Source of the DNA: Candidatus Nanohaloarchaea archaeon
GTDB lineage: Archaea > Nanohalarchaeota > Nanosalinia > Nanosalinales > Nanosalinaceae
NCBI GenBank assembly: GCA_042217695.1
Contig: JBDGSE010000029.1
Location: 1-29,111 of the forward strand
Direction: 5' to 3'
Length of the DNA: 29,111 bases
Shown: piece by piece, positions 26,912 to 29,111 of the stretch
Numbering within the stretch: position 1 is the first letter of the stretch
Layout: every line of letters starts with the position of its first letter
Position numbers and translations under genes: made by a program
Notes under the pieces: generated by a model
Database searches by the model: none
Told to the model about the DNA's origin: nothing
The model's input: only the letters and a program-made list of their open reading frames with translations

Positions 26912-27187
26912 TCAGAGAGGGTTAAAATCCCTGTCCCCTGAACCTCGGGAAGAACTGCTGTCACGGTTTTTACCCCGTCTTTCCCGTGACCGCTGCTTCT
27001 CCTGTTCCTCTCCGCCCTGCTTCACCTCTTCTATGAACTTCTCGGTGTCGACCCCTTTCTCGTCGAGCGCGTTCAGATGTTTCTTCAGCTGTGAGTTAAC
27101 GATGTTCAATAAACGGGAGAGTTCTTTCTTCTCGTGGAGCAGTGTCTCCACCGAGCCCTTGTGGAAGCCGATATCCTCGTCAGTCAT
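26912..27187 (-). CDS. Small coiled-coil hypothetical protein (91 aa)
   Basis: Fits operon spacing; helical FHKGSVETLLHEKKELSRLL segment. Confidence 0.7.
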   Translation of the reverse strand: MTDEDIGFHKGSVETLLHEKKELSRLLNIVNSQLKKHLNALDEKGVDTEKFIEEVKQGGEEQEKQRSRERRGKNRDSSSSRGSGDRDFNPL

Positions 27188-27218
27188 ACCTTTGCTTCAG
27201 GGCTCCAGGGTTAAAAAA

Positions 27219-28340
27219 TCAGGCCAGCAGCGAGGCTATGAAACCGGCGCTGATGAACGTCGCGGCAGCGCTGCCTATCGTGACCAGCACGAACGCGAGC
27301 AGGATACGACCCACCTGGTTGTTCCAGAGCTCCCTGTAACGGGTTATCTGTGTTATGTCCTCCAGTTCCTCCACGGTCGGCGGGTAGAACCTGGCCTCGG
27401 CGTAGGCAGCGACCATACCCGCCCCTATAGCAGGGTCAAGCGATGTCAGAGGCGCGGCAAGGAAGGATATGAGCCATGTCAACGGATGTGCACGGGCCAG
27501 TATGGCGCCAAGCATCGCCAGTAAACCGTTGCTGAGTATCCAGAACTTTGTAGCGGTGAAACCTGTGGATAAACCCACCTGCCAGAAACTGTAGCCCAGC
27601 CCTGCGATTATGAACGCGGGAACCCCATAGCTCACCGCCTTGAGCCATGGAAAACCTTTCTCCACGGAGTAATCGTATTCTTCACCGCTCTTCAGCTCCT
27701 CCACGAGCCCGTCAAGATGTGCGGCCCCCACCACGACGACCGCGTGGTCGAATTCTTCCTCACGTATCCTTTCAGCCATGTAGGCATTCCTCTCGTCGAG
27801 GAACACATTCTTGAGAGTTGGAAACTCTTCGCCCATGCTCTCCATAACAGAGTCAAGAACGTTCTCCTGTTTCAGGTCCTCTACATCGAGTTCATCCTCT
27901 GAACCCATGAAAGAGAACAGGAGCCGGAACTTTTCGAGAAGCGTTAACCCGGACATCGCCCGTCTAAGGGTCTCGTTTATATCCCGGTCGATAAGCGCGT
28001 ACCTCATGCCCCGGGATTCCGCGGCTTCCACCGCGGAAAGGAGCTCCTCTCCCGGTTCGACGCCCTCCTCCATCCCGAGCTTTCTCTGGTAGATGGAGAG
28101 CACAAGGTTCAGGAACAGCAGGTAGCCGTTACCGTCCCGGACCGCCTCGGCCACATCCATGTCCTTCCAGCTGTCGTCGCCTCTCAACGCCTTCAGACGG
28201 TTCTCATCCAGTTCCACGCAGACAAGGTCAGGGTTTTCCTCCTCCACGGTGGAAACGACTTCCTCCATACTGGATTCGGAGACATGTGCGGTACCTATAA
28301 GCGTCACATCCCTGTCGCCGAGAGAGACCTCTCTACGCAT
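27219..28340 (-). CDS. TraB/PrgY family protein
   Basis: LIGTAHVS, VCVELD..R, LIDRDI..T, DERNAYM, VVVGAAH, C-terminal TM segments. Confidence 0.92.
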   Translation of the reverse strand: MRREVSLGDRDVTLIGTAHVSESSMEEVVSTVEEENPDLVCVELDENRLKALRGDDSWKDMDVAEAVRDGNGYLLFLNLVLSIYQRKLGMEEGVEPGEELLSAVEAAESRGMRYALIDRDINETLRRAMSGLTLLEKFRLLFSFMGSEDELDVEDLKQENVLDSVMESMGEEFPTLKNVFLDERNAYMAERIREEEFDHAVVVVGAAHLDGLVEELKSGEEYDYSVEKGFPWLKAVSYGVPAFIIAGLGYSFWQVGLSTGFTATKFWILSNGLLAMLGAILARAHPLTWLISFLAAPLTSLDPAIGAGMVAAYAEARFYPPTVEELEDITQITRYRELWNNQVGRILLAFVLVTIGSAAATFISAGFIASLLA

Positions 28341-28446
28341 ACAAGAACATCAGTGCCCTGCATATTTAAACCCGGGAATATCTACCGCTGTATCACAAGA
28401 ATACTTAAACCCGCGAGAGAATTAACCGATTATAGGGTGACCTAAA

Positions 28447-28812
28447 ATAGCAAGTAAAGAAGAGAAACTGCAGGAGCCGCTCAACGATCTGGGCGATGTA
28501 AACGGGATCAAGGGCGCCGCAGTGGTACGCCGGGACGGACTCCTGATTTCCTCAAATCTTGGAGAAGACATCGATGATGATCAGGTAGGTGCGATGACTG
28601 CGTCCACCGTAGGCTCAGGAGAGACCGCCTCCGACGCGTTAAACATGGGTGGCGTGAACCAGGTAACCATCGAATCCGAGGACGGCAAACTCGTCTCCAC
28701 AGGCGCAGGAGAAGAAGGCATTTTAACCATCCTGACCGAAGCGGACGTTAACATGGGGCTTGTCAAGGTAGAGATGGAAAAAGCCGTCAAAAAGGTCAAG
28801 AGAGTACTTTAA
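28447..28812 (+). CDS. Roadblock/LC7 domain protein (probable ATA start)
   Basis: GIKGAAVVRRDGLLISS...GAMTA...VNMGLV. The N-terminal helix lies upstream of the track's GTG start. Confidence 0.85.
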   Translation: MASKEEKLQEPLNDLGDVNGIKGAAVVRRDGLLISSNLGEDIDDDQVGAMTASTVGSGETASDALNMGGVNQVTIESEDGKLVSTGAGEEGILTILTEADVNMGLVKVEMEKAVKKVKRVL

Positions 28813-28880
28813 AGAATTCTCGGAGTTCTTGCCGGTTTTTATAACGCTGGGGAATCAATTAATTCGTGGGTAGATAGTCT

Positions 28881-28988
28881 ATGAACCGTTGCATGGACTG
28901 CGGACAGTACTTCGCCGGCAGCTACATTTACTGCCCGGAATGCGGCAGCGACTCCGTGACAACCCTGGAAGACATCGCAGTTTACTAG
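28881..28988 (+). CDS. CPxCG-type zinc-finger microprotein (35 aa), not in ORF track
   Basis: MNRCMDCGQYFAGSYIYCPECGSDSVTTLEDIAVY. Confidence 0.75.
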   Translation: MNRCMDCGQYFAGSYIYCPECGSDSVTTLEDIAVY

Positions 28989-29075
28989 ATCCTCCGGCCT
29001 CAGGAAACGTTATCGCTGAAACGAAGACCATGAACCTGGTCTTCTTGCAAAAGATCCAAAGAATCTTTGAAGCGA

Positions 29076-29111
29076 TGGACTCTCCGGGATTTGAACCCGG
29101 GGCCTCTTCCA
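29076..29111 (-). tRNA. tRNA, 3' part only, probably tRNA-Ala
   Basis: Reverse complement reads TGGAAG-AGGCC-CCGGG-TTCAAAT-CCCGG-AGAGTCC-A, with U70. The anticodon is outside the window. Confidence 0.8.

Noticed and set aside
27219..28340. TraB as evidence of conjugation
   Set aside because: It belongs to the widespread TraB/PrgY housekeeping family, and no transfer genes are nearby.

Overview
This is an archaeal chromosomal segment from an extreme halophile. Nanohaloarchaeota (DPANN) is inferred from the very acidic proteins, class I LysRS, archaeal tRNAs without encoded CCA, compact gene packing and TATA boxes about 22-25 nt before start codons. Both window ends fall inside inversely oriented, probable tRNA-Ala genes. 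Housekeeping genes include a MATE transporter, HAD hydrolase, an AddAB-like helicase/nuclease pair, uppS, a GbsR-type regulator beside an ABC/S-layer/MacB-type operon, 2Fe-2S ferredoxin plus geranylgeranyl reductase, APC permease, site-2 protease, lysS, a methyltransferase, rhomboid, Nudix, TraB and a roadblock protein. Highlights: (1) a ~270-nt structured RNA at 8647-8918 (-) with a complete SRP Alu-domain architecture but degenerate S-domain protein-binding motifs; (2) a ~2.4-kb AT-rich, integrase-less islet in tRNA-Glu(CTC), bounded by a 13-bp direct repeat and carrying a DpnII/MboI-like nuclease and a DUF4258/DUF2283-like pair; (3) a divergent acidic histone-fold protein; (4) a roadblock gene that appears to start at ATA; (5) several microproteins missing from the ORF track. 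All calls are by-eye motif recognition; no searches were run.
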